The notes beneath the pieces were generated by a model that was given only the letters and a program-made list of their open reading frames with translations, was not told the origin of the DNA and searched no databases. From an uncultured archaeon (GTDB taxonomy: Archaea > Asgardarchaeota > Lokiarchaeia > Sigyniarchaeales > SOKP01): DNA of 63,108 nt. The position numbers and the translations under genes were made by a program. The stretch lies in contig CAZWEM010000022.1 of the NCBI GenBank assembly GCA_964632315.1, forward strand, positions 1 to 63,108. The letters run 5' to 3'. Position 1 is the first letter of the stretch. Each line of letters opens with the position of its first letter. This document shows positions 1 to 10,129 of the stretch, in pieces.

Positions 1-1411
1 TATCTTCAACCCAAATCTTACCATTGAGCTTTTTGATTATATTGCGAACAACAGATAATCCAAACCCCAAACCCTTTCCTCCCTTTTCTCTTTTATGTCC
101 CTTTTTGAAAATAACTTCTTTTTTATCATCTGGTACCCCAATCCCATTGTCTCTCATCTCAATTCGGACATATTTTCGATTTTCAAGGAAAACATTCGAG
201 AATACAACATCTATCTCTATTGGATCACTGTTGTTATATTTTACAGCATTGGTTAGAAGATTCATGAAAATTTCATCAACTAATTCATTTGATAATGCAT
301 ATACATTCTCTTCTTGAGAGATGACTTGAGCTTCAATAGTTTTATCTTCAAAATCAAATTTGAGGAGCTCGATGGAATCTTCGAGACTTTTTTTAACATT
401 AAGATTTTCAATCGGTAGATCGGTACTCTCAATCTCAGAGAATTTTCTGATATTACGGATCAATTCCTTTCCCTGTTTTAATTGTGTTTCTAAACGAGAA
501 ATCAATTCTTCATTTATGACACTTCCTTCTATTTTTGCCAATTCGACTGTACTGCTAATAATTTGAAAGATGTTGCTTATATCGTGGGTAAACAAATCTT
601 TATAAAAATTAGCATTTAAATAAGCTTCACGATAATTGCTCTCTGACTGCCTAAGTTTCTTATATAAAAGAGTTACGGGATCTCTAAATGCAATTTGAAT
701 TATTGCTTTATAGAATAAAAAGAATGCAACGATCTTGAATATATGTCCGAAAAAATTTTCAATTCCATACACGCTTATATATGAAGTGAAAAAGATTTCT
801 GATATGATTGTCATTATGATAGCACTAATTATAAATTTCAATATTCTGGATGCAAATTGATCTCGAAAACGATATAAGTAATAAATAGAAAGGCCAAGGA
901 TAACTATGATAATATATTCACTAATTCTTTTGAAAGGAGTTAAACCTTGAGATTCAATATAACAAGTTGGGAGGTATTCTAAGAAAATAATTAATATTAA
1001 AATGAATGTTACTACGCTATACAGGAAGAATAGCGTACTATAGTTGAAATGTTTATTTATAAATATTGTTGCGAAAATAAGAGAAAGAGCTTGGACGTAT
1101 CTAGCAGTAATCCATAATTGAGTAGCAAGGTTTGAACCATGCCCCATAAATATCTGCATTCCTTCATATGATAAAGTATGGAATAAATCTATGATTCCAA
1201 TTGAGAAAAAAGAGATGCTTAGAACTATAAAAAAAGAATTCTCAAGGGTTTTTCTTGCATTCAATCCAATTATAAAAATCATAAATGCGATTATTATACT
1301 AAATAGTTCTGCGATAGTGTGAAATATTAAATAACTGTAGAGACTTATTAGATAAGAGTAAAATAGGACTATCCCTAAAATGATATATTGAATTACCGTA
1401 TTAACCTTAAT
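1..1411 (-). CDS. Membrane sensor histidine kinase (MASE3 + HisKA + HATPase_c), 3' end runs off the window
   Basis: Absent from the ORF track; translated by hand. MASE3-like YSYLIFHTIAELFS...IIDLFHTLSYEGM...NLATQLWITARY; H-box FYKDLFTHDISNIFQ; N-box NLLTNAVKY; G1 DNGIG; G2 GKGLGFGL. In-frame TGA at 1417-1415, so the likely start is ATT at 1411 after GGAGG. Confidence 0.88.
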   Translation of the reverse strand, partial: MKVNTVIQYIILGIVLFYSYLISLYSYLIFHTIAELFSIIIAFMIFIIGLNARKTLENSFFIVLSISFFSIGIIDLFHTLSYEGMQIFMGHGSNLATQLWITARYVQALSLIFATIFINKHFNYSTLFFLYSVVTFILILIIFLEYLPTCYIESQGLTPFKRISEYIIIVILGLSIYYLYRFRDQFASRILKFIISAIIMTIISEIFFTSYISVYGIENFFGHIFKIVAFFLFYKAIIQIAFRDPVTLLYKKLRQSESNYREAYLNANFYKDLFTHDISNIFQIISSTVELAKIEGSVINEELISRLETQLKQGKELIRNIRKFSEIESTDLPIENLNVKKSLEDSIELLKFDFEDKTIEAQVISQEENVYALSNELVDEIFMNLLTNAVKYNNSDPIEIDVVFSNVFLENRKYVRIEMRDNGIGVPDDKKEVIFKKGHKREKGGKGLGFGLSVVRNIIKKLNGKIWVED

Positions 1412-1559
1412 TTTTCAAATCCTCCAAACATCAAAATTAGAACTTATATATTATTTTAATTTTATTTGTTTTTAAACATTTAATATATTCTTTTTATCGA
1501 TAATATTTTTTATAAAACTGTAAATAATAAATCTTTTCTATAAACTGTCTTTATAAACT

Positions 1560-2441
1560 ATGAACACGATGATATTAGAGAATTTAGATTTTGAAAAGCA
1601 GCATGGTTTAGGAAATGATTATATCATAATTAACAACTTAAAATGGAATATTCCGGAGGAAAAAATGGGTGATCTTGCTTCCATCTTATGTAAAGTACAT
1701 TACTCTGTAGGAGCAGATGGCTTGTTATTCGCATGTGAGTCCCAAATTTCCGATATAAGGATGAGGATCTTTAATAATGATGGAAGCGAAGCTGAAATGT
1801 GTGGGAATGGTATTCGATGTTTTTCTAAATTTGTCTATGAAAATGATATCTGCAAAAAAGAGAATATCACTATTGAAACGTTAAAAGGGATAATTAAAGC
1901 CGTACTTAAGATTAAAGGTGAGGAAGTTATTTCGGTTAAAATTGATATGGGATCTCCGATTTTGGATTGCGATGACATTCCTGTAGTTCTTGATGGAATG
2001 CAAAATCAGTGCATAAACGAACCAATAATTGCATTGGATAGAATTTATAAATTTACTGCAGTTTCAATGGGAAATCCCCACGCTGTTATTTTTACTGACG
2101 AATTGTTGAGTGATGAGGATCTAAATAAATATGGGAGTACAATTCATTCAAATAAAATTTTTCCGCAGAAAACAAATGTTGAATTTATAAAAGTAGAATC
2201 TTCTCACGAAGCGATTTTAAGAGTCTTTGAAAGAGGTGTCGGCATAACCAACTCTTGTGGAACAGGATCATGTGCTGCTGTTGTAGCTGGAACTATCTTA
2301 GACATTTTCAAGAAAGATGAACCGATTCTAATGCATAATGATGGAGGAGATTTAAAAATTACTTATGATGGAAAAAAAGTGTACATGGAAGGACCAGTTG
2401 AAAAAGTCTTTACTGGAATTATTAAACATATAGAAATTTAA
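1560..2441 (+). CDS. dapF: Diaminopimelate epimerase
   Basis: HGLGND, EAEMCGNGIRC, SMGNPH, ERGVG..SCGTG motifs. Confidence 0.95.
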   Translation: MNTMILENLDFEKQHGLGNDYIIINNLKWNIPEEKMGDLASILCKVHYSVGADGLLFACESQISDIRMRIFNNDGSEAEMCGNGIRCFSKFVYENDICKKENITIETLKGIIKAVLKIKGEEVISVKIDMGSPILDCDDIPVVLDGMQNQCINEPIIALDRIYKFTAVSMGNPHAVIFTDELLSDEDLNKYGSTIHSNKIFPQKTNVEFIKVESSHEAILRVFERGVGITNSCGTGSCAAVVAGTILDIFKKDEPILMHNDGGDLKITYDGKKVYMEGPVEKVFTGIIKHIEI

Positions 2442-2452
2442 GGGTAATACTT

Positions 2453-3760
2453 ATGGATTATGGTCTTTGGTTAGATAGAAAGGGATTAAAATATGAAGAT
2501 AATGAACTTTATTTCACAGGATTAAAATGTAAAGATATAGCGAATAAGTATGGAACACCCCTTTATGTCATGAATGAAGAGATCATAAGGAAAAGATATC
2601 GGGAGTTAAAGGAAACTCTTAATAAAAAATATCAGAAAAATCAAATCCATTTCGCCGTAAAGTCTAATTCCAGTCTTTCTATGTTAAAAATTCTCCAATC
2701 AGAGGGATCATACTTCGACTGCACCTCAACAGGTGAGATTTATATTTGCTTGAAGGTTGGAATTTCCCCTGATCATATTATATATACTGGAAACATGTTC
2801 ACAAACCATGATTTAGAGTTTGCTGTTAAGACGAATGTGCCAATTAATTTAGATAGTATAAGTCAATTGAATCGACTAAATAATATTTATCAGAATTTAA
2901 AAAAAGAAAGAGGGATAATTTCATTTAGAATAAATCCCGAGTTTGGGGCGGGTCATCACGTACATACAATTACAGCTGGAAAAGAGATTAAATTCGGAAT
3001 ACTAGAAGATCAAGTCATTGAAGCATATAATTCAGCAAAAACCATGGGATTTACAAAGTTTGGAATCCACCAGCATATTGGATCGGGAATAATAAATCCC
3101 ATGGATTATAAAAAAGCAGTTGAGAATTTTTTAAGAATTATCGAAAGTTTAGCGACCAAATTAAGTATTAAGTTTGATTTTGTCGATTTCGGAGGAGGTT
3201 TAGGAATACCATATCGACCAAGTGATGATCCTTTAGATCTAAATAAGTATAGTGAGTTTGTAATAGATCCTTTCAGAGAATTATTTGAAAATGGTGATTT
3301 TGGAAAACCCTATCTCAAGATTGAACCTGGGAGATACATTTCAGCAGAATCTAGCATAATTTTAACTGAAGTGAATACAATTAAAGATAATGGATTCAAG
3401 TTATTTGCCGGAGTAGATGCTGGTTTCAATACACTGATACGTCCAGCATTTTATGGCTCATATCATCATATAATTCCTTGTAAACAAAGAATTGGAAAAT
3501 CTATTTATGATGTTGTTGGTCCTATATGTGAATCGGGAGATATTCTGGGAAAACAGAGAGAGATCTCAAAATTGGAGGAAGGGGATATACTAGCTATTTT
3601 AGATGCTGGAGCTTATGGCTATACAATGAGTAGCCCTTACAACAGTCGTCCTAGACCAGCAGAGATTCTTATAAAGAATGGACAGAGTTTTTTAATTCGT
3701 GAAGCTGAAAGTTTTGAGGATCTGACCAGGCTTCAGAATATTCCCAATCATCTCAAATAA
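2453..3760 (+). CDS. lysA: Diaminopimelate decarboxylase
   Basis: FAVKSN (PLP Lys), HIGS, DFGGGLG, EPGRY, GPICESGD, GAYG; follows dapF. Confidence 0.95.
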   Translation: MDYGLWLDRKGLKYEDNELYFTGLKCKDIANKYGTPLYVMNEEIIRKRYRELKETLNKKYQKNQIHFAVKSNSSLSMLKILQSEGSYFDCTSTGEIYICLKVGISPDHIIYTGNMFTNHDLEFAVKTNVPINLDSISQLNRLNNIYQNLKKERGIISFRINPEFGAGHHVHTITAGKEIKFGILEDQVIEAYNSAKTMGFTKFGIHQHIGSGIINPMDYKKAVENFLRIIESLATKLSIKFDFVDFGGGLGIPYRPSDDPLDLNKYSEFVIDPFRELFENGDFGKPYLKIEPGRYISAESSIILTEVNTIKDNGFKLFAGVDAGFNTLIRPAFYGSYHHIIPCKQRIGKSIYDVVGPICESGDILGKQREISKLEEGDILAILDAGAYGYTMSSPYNSRPRPAEILIKNGQSFLIREAESFEDLTRLQNIPNHLK

Positions 3761-3852
3761 TCCAAAAAGATAAAAACGGGTTTTTCATATAAATTATTGA
3801 GATAAAGTTATAAAAAGGGGGATTTTTAAGGCTTGGATACCCTTTAATAATC

Positions 3853-3922
3853 TCGATGAGGAGTTGGCGTAATGAAACCAGCGAGTAAAACTCCGGTTGA
3901 TGATATCACTGATCTGCTCTGA
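3853..3922 (+). ncRNA. Candidate C/D-box guide sRNA
   Basis: C-like TCGATGA 3853-3859, D' ATGA 3872-3875, internal hairpin, C' TGATGA 3898-3903, D CTGA 3919-3922, then a T-tract; TTATAAAA about 45 nt upstream. Confidence 0.55.
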
Positions 3923-3949
3923 TCTTTTTTATAATTTTATCTTATCTAA

Positions 3950-4771
3950 TTATAATCCTAACACGTCGTTTGTATCATAAATTCGTGATTCTGAAACCTT
4001 AACTATGAATTTAATCGCTTTAATTGCTCCTTCAGCAAAACAATTTCTGCTATGGGCTTGATGTTTAAGTTCAATTCTTTCACCTACCCCAGCAAACAAA
4101 ACGGTGTGATCTCCTACAATATCACCGGCTCTTATAGAATGTATCCCTATTTCATTTTTTGCCCCAACTTCTCTCTTATTAAAGCCTTTAGATCGTCCAT
4201 ATTTCAGGATTTCATCAGGGTCACTACCTAATGTATTTGATATTTTTTTTGCTATTGTTAAAGCAGTACCAGAAGGAGAATCTTGTTTTCTGTTATGATG
4301 TGCTTCAATTACCTCAATGTCCCAATCTGATAGGTATTTAGTCAAGAAGGAAGAAACTTTTAAAAATACATTCATTCCGGTTGCCATATTGGAAGAGATG
4401 ACAGCTGGGATCTTATAAATTATTAATTCATCTTTCAGAATTTCTAAGAATGATGAGGAAAGAGCCGTTGTTCCAATCACGCATCTTACCCCATTCCTTA
4501 CGCATATTAGACTATTTACTTCTGTAGCGGAAGCTATTGTAAAATCGACACATACATCCGGTTTTGTATCATTAATTATTTTTTCAAGATTCTTAACATC
4601 TTGTATTTTAACTTTATTCTTATCATTTCCACCAACTACTTGCCCTAATTGTTCTCCAATCCTATTTACGTCGCATGCAGCAACTACATCAATGTCTTCA
4701 TCTTGTAAAGCCATCGATGCAATCAGTTTACTGGTAAACCCAGATGGTCCAAGAATTAGTAATTTTATCAT
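3950..4771 (-). CDS. dapB: 4-hydroxy-tetrahydrodipicolinate reductase
   Basis: VDFT, VIGTT, EAHHNRKQDSPSGTA, RAGDIVGDH. Confidence 0.95.
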   Translation of the reverse strand: MIKLLILGPSGFTSKLIASMALQDEDIDVVAACDVNRIGEQLGQVVGGNDKNKVKIQDVKNLEKIINDTKPDVCVDFTIASATEVNSLICVRNGVRCVIGTTALSSSFLEILKDELIIYKIPAVISSNMATGMNVFLKVSSFLTKYLSDWDIEVIEAHHNRKQDSPSGTALTIAKKISNTLGSDPDEILKYGRSKGFNKREVGAKNEIGIHSIRAGDIVGDHTVLFAGVGERIELKHQAHSRNCFAEGAIKAIKFIVKVSESRIYDTNDVLGL

Positions 4772-4782
4772 ATTATCATCTC

Positions 4783-5682
4783 CTAAATCAGGTTTAAAGA
4801 TTTCAATACATCATCAATTTTCTCCTCATTTTCTTTTAAAGGAGGAGTAAGTGGAAGGCGCATTCTTTTGTCCATTATACCCATTTTTTCTGCAGCATAT
4901 TTCACCGGTCCAGGATTAGTTTCGATAAAGAGAACTTTAAACATATCGTATAGATCGAATTGAATTTCTCTTGCTTTGATCCAATTTCCCTCATTCATTG
5001 TAGTAGTGAATTCCACTAATCGTCTTGGCATTATATTCGAAGCTACACTAATTACACCTTTTCCTCCTAACGCCATAATATGATAGGTAAGAGCATCATC
5101 ACCACTAAAAACAATGAAATCTTCTGGCGTATTTGAGATTAATTTTGTAATTTGATCTATATTTCCACTAGCACACTTCATCCCAATGATATTTTCGTTT
5201 TTGCATACGAGTTTTTCTACTGTAGATGGCTCCAAGTTGGTTCCTGTTCTACTTGGAACATTATATAAAAATATTGGTAAAGAGACTGATTCTGCTATTG
5301 CTGAAAAATGGTCAATAAGAGAATGTTGAGTTGGTTTATTATAATAAGGGACAACTAACAATAAAACGTCAATCCCCACATTTTCAGCATATTTAGAGAG
5401 AGAAATGGACTCTTTTGTTGAATTGCTTCCCGTTCCAGCCATAATGATGCTATTAGATTTATAATTTCGAACTTCATTTACCGCAATATCCATTGCTTGA
5501 TGATGTTCTTCATGTGACATTGTCGCACTTTCTCCAGTTGTACCCATAGTAAGTATATTACACCCATTATCTAATTGAAATCGTATGAATTCTCGATACT
5601 TGGCTTCATCAAGCGTGAGATCTTGTTTAAACGGTGTTATCATTGCTGTTATAACATTTTTAAGGTCTTTAATTTTTGACAT
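4783..5682 (-). CDS. dapA: 4-hydroxy-tetrahydrodipicolinate synthase
   Basis: GTTGES, PYYNKP, YNVPSRTG, Schiff-base Lys in GMKCA, ETNPGPVK. Confidence 0.95.
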   Translation of the reverse strand: MSKIKDLKNVITAMITPFKQDLTLDEAKYREFIRFQLDNGCNILTMGTTGESATMSHEEHHQAMDIAVNEVRNYKSNSIIMAGTGSNSTKESISLSKYAENVGIDVLLLVVPYYNKPTQHSLIDHFSAIAESVSLPIFLYNVPSRTGTNLEPSTVEKLVCKNENIIGMKCASGNIDQITKLISNTPEDFIVFSGDDALTYHIMALGGKGVISVASNIMPRRLVEFTTTMNEGNWIKAREIQFDLYDMFKVLFIETNPGPVKYAAEKMGIMDKRMRLPLTPPLKENEEKIDDVLKSLNLI

Positions 5683-5775
5683 ATCAATTCTTTTAACAAA
5701 TTATTAACTTATTTATTGGATATGATATTATATAAGATTTATTACCAATTTCAATCAATTTTAGTTTATTAAGCT

Positions 5776-6807
5776 ATGAAAAATATAAATTATCTTGATA
5801 AATTCAAGGGAACATTATTTGGTGTAGCTATAGGGGATACGCTTGGCCAACCATTTGAAGGATGGTTGCGAGAAAGAATTACCTCAAGAGTTCATAATTT
5901 TGAGAATTTCTTAAAAACAAATAAAAATATTTTTAAAACTTATACTGATGATACCCAACTCACTCTTCATACTGCTCGTGCATTAATTGAAGGCTCGGGA
6001 TTCGATTTCGATTATTTAATTAAAGAATATGTAAATTGGTTAGATGATCCTCCAATTGGTCCAGGTTATGGATGCCTTAGTTCAATCCAAAAGTTAAAAT
6101 ATGGAATTTCTTGGCAACAGGCAGCCTCTAATTCTGGAGGTAATGGTACAGTAATGAGAGTTGCCCCAATCGGATTATTTTATTGTAAAGACATTTCAGA
6201 ATTGAAAAAAGCAGCATATAATTCGAGCATAATAACTCATTCACACCCTGCTGCTTCTGCAGGTGCAATTGTTATTGCTCGAGCCATATCTTATCTAATC
6301 GAAATTGATCCATCTAATGGTTTTGATACACATGAGTTCATGAAAATTCTTGTAGAATCCATTTCAAATTCAAATGATTCAATTTGGGATGAATTTATTG
6401 AAATATTGAAAAAAGTTGAAAATAGTATTGGTATTTCCCTCGAATCTGGTATTATTAAATTTTCACAAGCAGGAGTAAAATCCCCATATTTCATAGAACA
6501 ATATTTAGGAAAAGCATTCGTTCATCCTTATGCCATGAGTACGGTTGCTTGTGCGTTATTTATCTTTTTAAGAACTCTCCGATCTTTTGAAAAATGTATT
6601 TACGCTTTAGCAGGAGCTGGAGGAGACTCTGATACCGTTGGAGCAGTGGGAGGGAGCCTTACTGGAGCATATTTTGGATTTGAAAACATTTCCAGTGAAT
6701 TAGTGAACCTTGTGAAGAAAAAGTCGAATATTCTGGAAATTGCTCAGGAACTATATTTCAGATTTGAAGAAAAATATTTAAAAAATCATTTTACAGCACT
6801 CAAATAG
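5776..6807 (+). CDS. ADP-ribosylglycohydrolase (DraG/ARH family)
   Basis: GDTLG, YTDDT, GNGTVMR, THSH, GGDSDT motifs. Confidence 0.9.
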   Translation: MKNINYLDKFKGTLFGVAIGDTLGQPFEGWLRERITSRVHNFENFLKTNKNIFKTYTDDTQLTLHTARALIEGSGFDFDYLIKEYVNWLDDPPIGPGYGCLSSIQKLKYGISWQQAASNSGGNGTVMRVAPIGLFYCKDISELKKAAYNSSIITHSHPAASAGAIVIARAISYLIEIDPSNGFDTHEFMKILVESISNSNDSIWDEFIEILKKVENSIGISLESGIIKFSQAGVKSPYFIEQYLGKAFVHPYAMSTVACALFIFLRTLRSFEKCIYALAGAGGDSDTVGAVGGSLTGAYFGFENISSELVNLVKKKSNILEIAQELYFRFEEKYLKNHFTALK

Positions 6808-7364
6808 GTTTCTATCTTTACAGTGCATTTTTCACAAAAAAATGGGGGCTTTTCTTCAATTTTACTAACCGTTGGAGAAAAGTTCATTACACAATGATTT
6901 TTGCAATGTTCATTTATAGATAATCCAAAAGTATGTCCTAATTCATGTAATGCCTCTTTTAGCACCCTTAAGTCGAAAAGTGATTTATCTTCTGTCCGAT
7001 CATAGAGTTTCTCCTTCAGTCTAAAGGTAGAGATTAATGCTACTCCATAAGGTGAATCTTCTAAATATTTTGCACATCCAAAACGAAAATCCACCAGTTT
7101 TGAAAAAATATCCCGGTTAATTACTCCCAAAATACGAAAAAGTTTTTTGGACTCAGCATAGACTTTTAATCGATTTAATATATGATCAACATTATATTGC
7201 TTTTTAAATTGGTTGTATTCTTTGTATAATAATGGCAGTTCATAAGAAAGGATTTTAACATTCAAATCATATTTTCTGAATGCCCATTTCAGACTTTTTT
7301 TTAATTTTAATAATATTGAATCATCAACTGGTCCTATCTTCTGCAGAAATATTATTTTTCTCAT
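6786..7364 (-). CDS. Archaemetzincin (peptidase M54)
   Basis: KEALHELGHTFGL..HC..CVM and FCEKC Cys motifs; start placed at the ATG at 7364. Confidence 0.85.
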   Translation of the reverse strand: MRKIIFLQKIGPVDDSILLKLKKSLKWAFRKYDLNVKILSYELPLLYKEYNQFKKQYNVDHILNRLKVYAESKKLFRILGVINRDIFSKLVDFRFGCAKYLEDSPYGVALISTFRLKEKLYDRTEDKSLFDLRVLKEALHELGHTFGLSINEHCKNHCVMNFSPTVSKIEEKPPFFCEKCTVKIETYLSAVK

Positions 7365-7573
7365 AAAAAATAACAATATAAATAAGGTTTCTTAATATAA
7401 TAGCCTTCAAAATTTTTATTTTTTTAATTAGTGCTTGATTTGCAAAAATTTTTTTAGCTTACTTATTTTTGGTATTTATATCTTTTATAAAATAAAGATA
7501 ATATTTAACCTACGAAGATTTACCAAGCTCTTTAAAAAAGTATAATTTTGTGATATCCCTTTTACGATTCATA

Positions 7574-7647
7574 GGGAGGGTGGTCTAGCTTGGTATGATT
7601 CCTGGTTTGGGACCAGGTGGTCGGGGGTTCAAATCCCTCCCCTCCCA
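7574..7647 (+). tRNA. tRNA-Pro (TGG), intron-less, CCA not encoded
   Basis: Acceptor GGGAGGG/CCCTCCC, anticodon arm CCTGG-TTTGGGA-CCAGG, T-loop GTTCAAATC; TTTAAAAA promoter at about 7531. Confidence 0.95.
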
Positions 7648-7715
7648 TTCTAAAACTATTAATGAAAATATATATTTCTTTAAAATTCAGAGAAAATCGA
7701 GATAATCTGACCAGC

Positions 7716-8006
7716 TTATACTGAATTTAATGCTTCTTCTGATCCTATATTATTTTCTTCATTAAAAAAAATTTCAGGTATTAATTCTAGAAGTGTAGAA
7801 TAAAGTGAGATAATAATTGCAGGATTATCTGAAGTGATTTTAAAGTAAGGTAAAAATCTTCTGATTTTGAATACTTGAATTTGATCTTTAAAGAATTTTA
7901 ATACTTGAAGCATATCTGTTTCGAAGATCTTGTTTCTCTGAATCCAAACAGTAAGCTTATTTTTAACCTTTTTATTACACTTGGATACTCTTAATTTTAA
8001 TTGCAT
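7716..8006 (-). CDS. Hypothetical protein
   Basis: 96 aa ORF with ATG filling an intergenic gap; no motif recognised. Confidence 0.55.
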   Translation of the reverse strand: MQLKLRVSKCNKKVKNKLTVWIQRNKIFETDMLQVLKFFKDQIQVFKIRRFLPYFKITSDNPAIIISLYSTLLELIPEIFFNEENNIGSEEALNSV

Positions 8007-8079
8007 CCTATTTGATTTCCCAGTATATTTAATTATAGTCTTTTCTACCTCAAAATATAAAAACTGAACTGAAATTTCC

Positions 8080-9426
8080 CTAAATATCGACTTTAAATTC
8101 TCTAATTATCCTAATGAGCTTGTTAGAGTTAGGATTAGGTTTTGGTCTTTCAAAATTTATTTCAATTTGAGGGATCACGCAATTTAGTTGTTCAAAAACA
8201 GATTTAATATTCTCTTTAATATTCGAAACGATTTTTTCTTTTTCTAAAATTTCTGATTTCAAGATTATTCTTACTTTAATATCACTAAAACTTTTTTGGA
8301 CTGCTTGATAATCTTCAATGCTTTCTGAGCTCGAAATGATAGCTCTTCTTATAAAATCAGGAAAGATAGTTTGCAAATTTTCAGAACCTTTCATTTTAGC
8401 CCAAAATAAGTCATCAGTTCTTCCTTGTATTGACTCAATTATTCTAAATTGAGAGCCACAGTCACAAGACTCTTCAGAGATAATAATACTATCATCCAAT
8501 TCGTATCTTATGATAGGTTGGGACTTTTTATTTAAATCAGTGACAATCATTTTATGACATGGTTTTCCTGGTCTTGTTGGATTCCCTTTAGAATCAATAG
8601 TTTCAATCCATATTAAATCTTCATTGATATGTAGATTTCCATATTTACAAGGCATCGCAATTGGACCTTCACTACCTTGATAAATTTGAAATACCTTAAT
8701 GTTAAAAATTTCTTCAATTTCCTTTTTAGCTTCTTTTGTTAGTATTTCAGCATATGATACAATACGTTTCGGATTAATATCCAATTTTCCTTCATTAACC
8801 TCTTTTGCCAATTGAATCAATAAAGAAGGGGGAGCAGATAAAATATTTGGTTGGAGATCTTCAAGTTGTTTAATAATATTGTCTAACGAATCAAGCAAGC
8901 TGATATAAGTTAATTTTTGGCCAAATTTTGAAACATTAAACGCTGGGGTTGTGATTCGTAAGATGAAAGCCCATTTTATTTTTAAAACACGCGGGAAAGG
9001 AAATCTAGCGAAAAATGCAGCTTGAAGATATTTCTCTTCTTGCGGACTTGTGATTACAATGCTTTTATTACCACTTGTTCCTGAAGACATTGCTACATTA
9101 TATCCTTGGTATCTCTTGGAAAAGTCTCTATTTTTTTCTACTTCTAAACAAAAATTGATAAGATCTTCTTTTTTAAACCCTAAAGTATTGTATCTTGATA
9201 GATTTTCCATCATAATTCTTTTATTTACTAATGGCAAATTCCAGACATCATTTTTATCATAACCTTCATAATGTTTATTAAAAAAAGGAGAATTCTGAGA
9301 TGCAAATTCAACAATCGAACGGGCTTTCCTTAATTGTAGCAGTTCAATTTTGTTTCTATCCATTTTTTTAAACCGATATTTACAAGCTAAAAAAAAGCGA
9401 ATAAATGAATCTGTTTCATCTTTCAT
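8080..9426 (-). CDS. Adenylate-forming enzyme, F390 synthetase / phenylacetate-CoA ligase-like
   Basis: SSGTSG loop, YQGSEG, PIIRYELDD, CDCG..GRTDD. Confidence 0.85.
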   Translation of the reverse strand: MKDETDSFIRFFLACKYRFKKMDRNKIELLQLRKARSIVEFASQNSPFFNKHYEGYDKNDVWNLPLVNKRIMMENLSRYNTLGFKKEDLINFCLEVEKNRDFSKRYQGYNVAMSSGTSGNKSIVITSPQEEKYLQAAFFARFPFPRVLKIKWAFILRITTPAFNVSKFGQKLTYISLLDSLDNIIKQLEDLQPNILSAPPSLLIQLAKEVNEGKLDINPKRIVSYAEILTKEAKKEIEEIFNIKVFQIYQGSEGPIAMPCKYGNLHINEDLIWIETIDSKGNPTRPGKPCHKMIVTDLNKKSQPIIRYELDDSIIISEESCDCGSQFRIIESIQGRTDDLFWAKMKGSENLQTIFPDFIRRAIISSSESIEDYQAVQKSFSDIKVRIILKSEILEKEKIVSNIKENIKSVFEQLNCVIPQIEINFERPKPNPNSNKLIRIIREFKVDI

Positions 9427-9512
9427 AATTATAGTTATAGATAGCCGATTATTTTATACTTTTTAGGAAAATTATTGCCCTTAAATATAATCTGAGCTTT
9501 TCAAAAAATCAA

Positions 9513-10010
9513 TTAAATCCAATACCCGTAATAATAATTATTAATTGTATTCGCACCTGCGATTATTGGATACAACAAGAATAATACAATTAATACCGCC
9601 AATCCTAAAGATATTCTTCGCATCTTTTTATTAAAAGATTCATCGAGTATAATTGATAACAAACTGATGATTATGAAAATAGACACGCCATATACACCTA
9701 GTTTTGAAATTGTACTAAAAATTGAGATTAGCCATATATTTAGGTACCGATTAAGATCTTGTTGTCTACGAATATCATTATACTCTTCAGAAGTAATCAA
9801 GTCTTGATTATAATTATTAGTTACGAGCTGTTTTTCAGCGTTATACCAATTTTGATTGATAGCAAAAAAGGATTCGCATGTGATAAATAAAGCACCAGCG
9901 ACAAGAGCTAAAATCATCCCAATCTTCAACCGTTTAATTTTGACTTTCTTATTGTAATTGTATCGCTCTTGAACAGAATCTTCATTTTCTCTTGAGAATT
10001 TTTCACCCAT
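9513..10010 (-). CDS. Hypothetical membrane protein (about 3 TM)
   Basis: Three hydrophobic segments; ATG at 10010 follows a GAGGTG RBS. Confidence 0.65.
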   Translation of the reverse strand: MGEKFSRENEDSVQERYNYNKKVKIKRLKIGMILALVAGALFITCESFFAINQNWYNAEKQLVTNNYNQDLITSEEYNDIRRQQDLNRYLNIWLISIFSTISKLGVYGVSIFIIISLLSIILDESFNKKMRRISLGLAVLIVLFLLYPIIAGANTINNYYYGYWI

Positions 10011-10129
10011 TATGATTTTCACCTCGTTTTCATTATATCAACCTCAATTTATAAAATTTGCGTAATAAACTAAAAATAGATTGTTATTTGAGGGAAATTT
10101 CTATAGAATCTAAAAGAAGATCATCAAAT

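Noticed and set aside
24-566. Plus-strand ORFs 24..317 and 360..566
   Set aside because: Antisense shadows of the minus-strand histidine kinase
3871-3903. SECIS element serving lysA
   Set aside because: The K-turn/AAA pattern is SECIS-like, but lysA and dapF have no in-frame TGA; the C/D sRNA reading explains more of the sequence
3761-3949. Lysine riboswitch
   Set aside because: Lies at the 3' ends of convergent genes, not in a leader, and is too short
7574-9426. Integrated element at tRNA-Pro
   Set aside because: No integrase, and no duplicated tRNA 3' end noticed in the window
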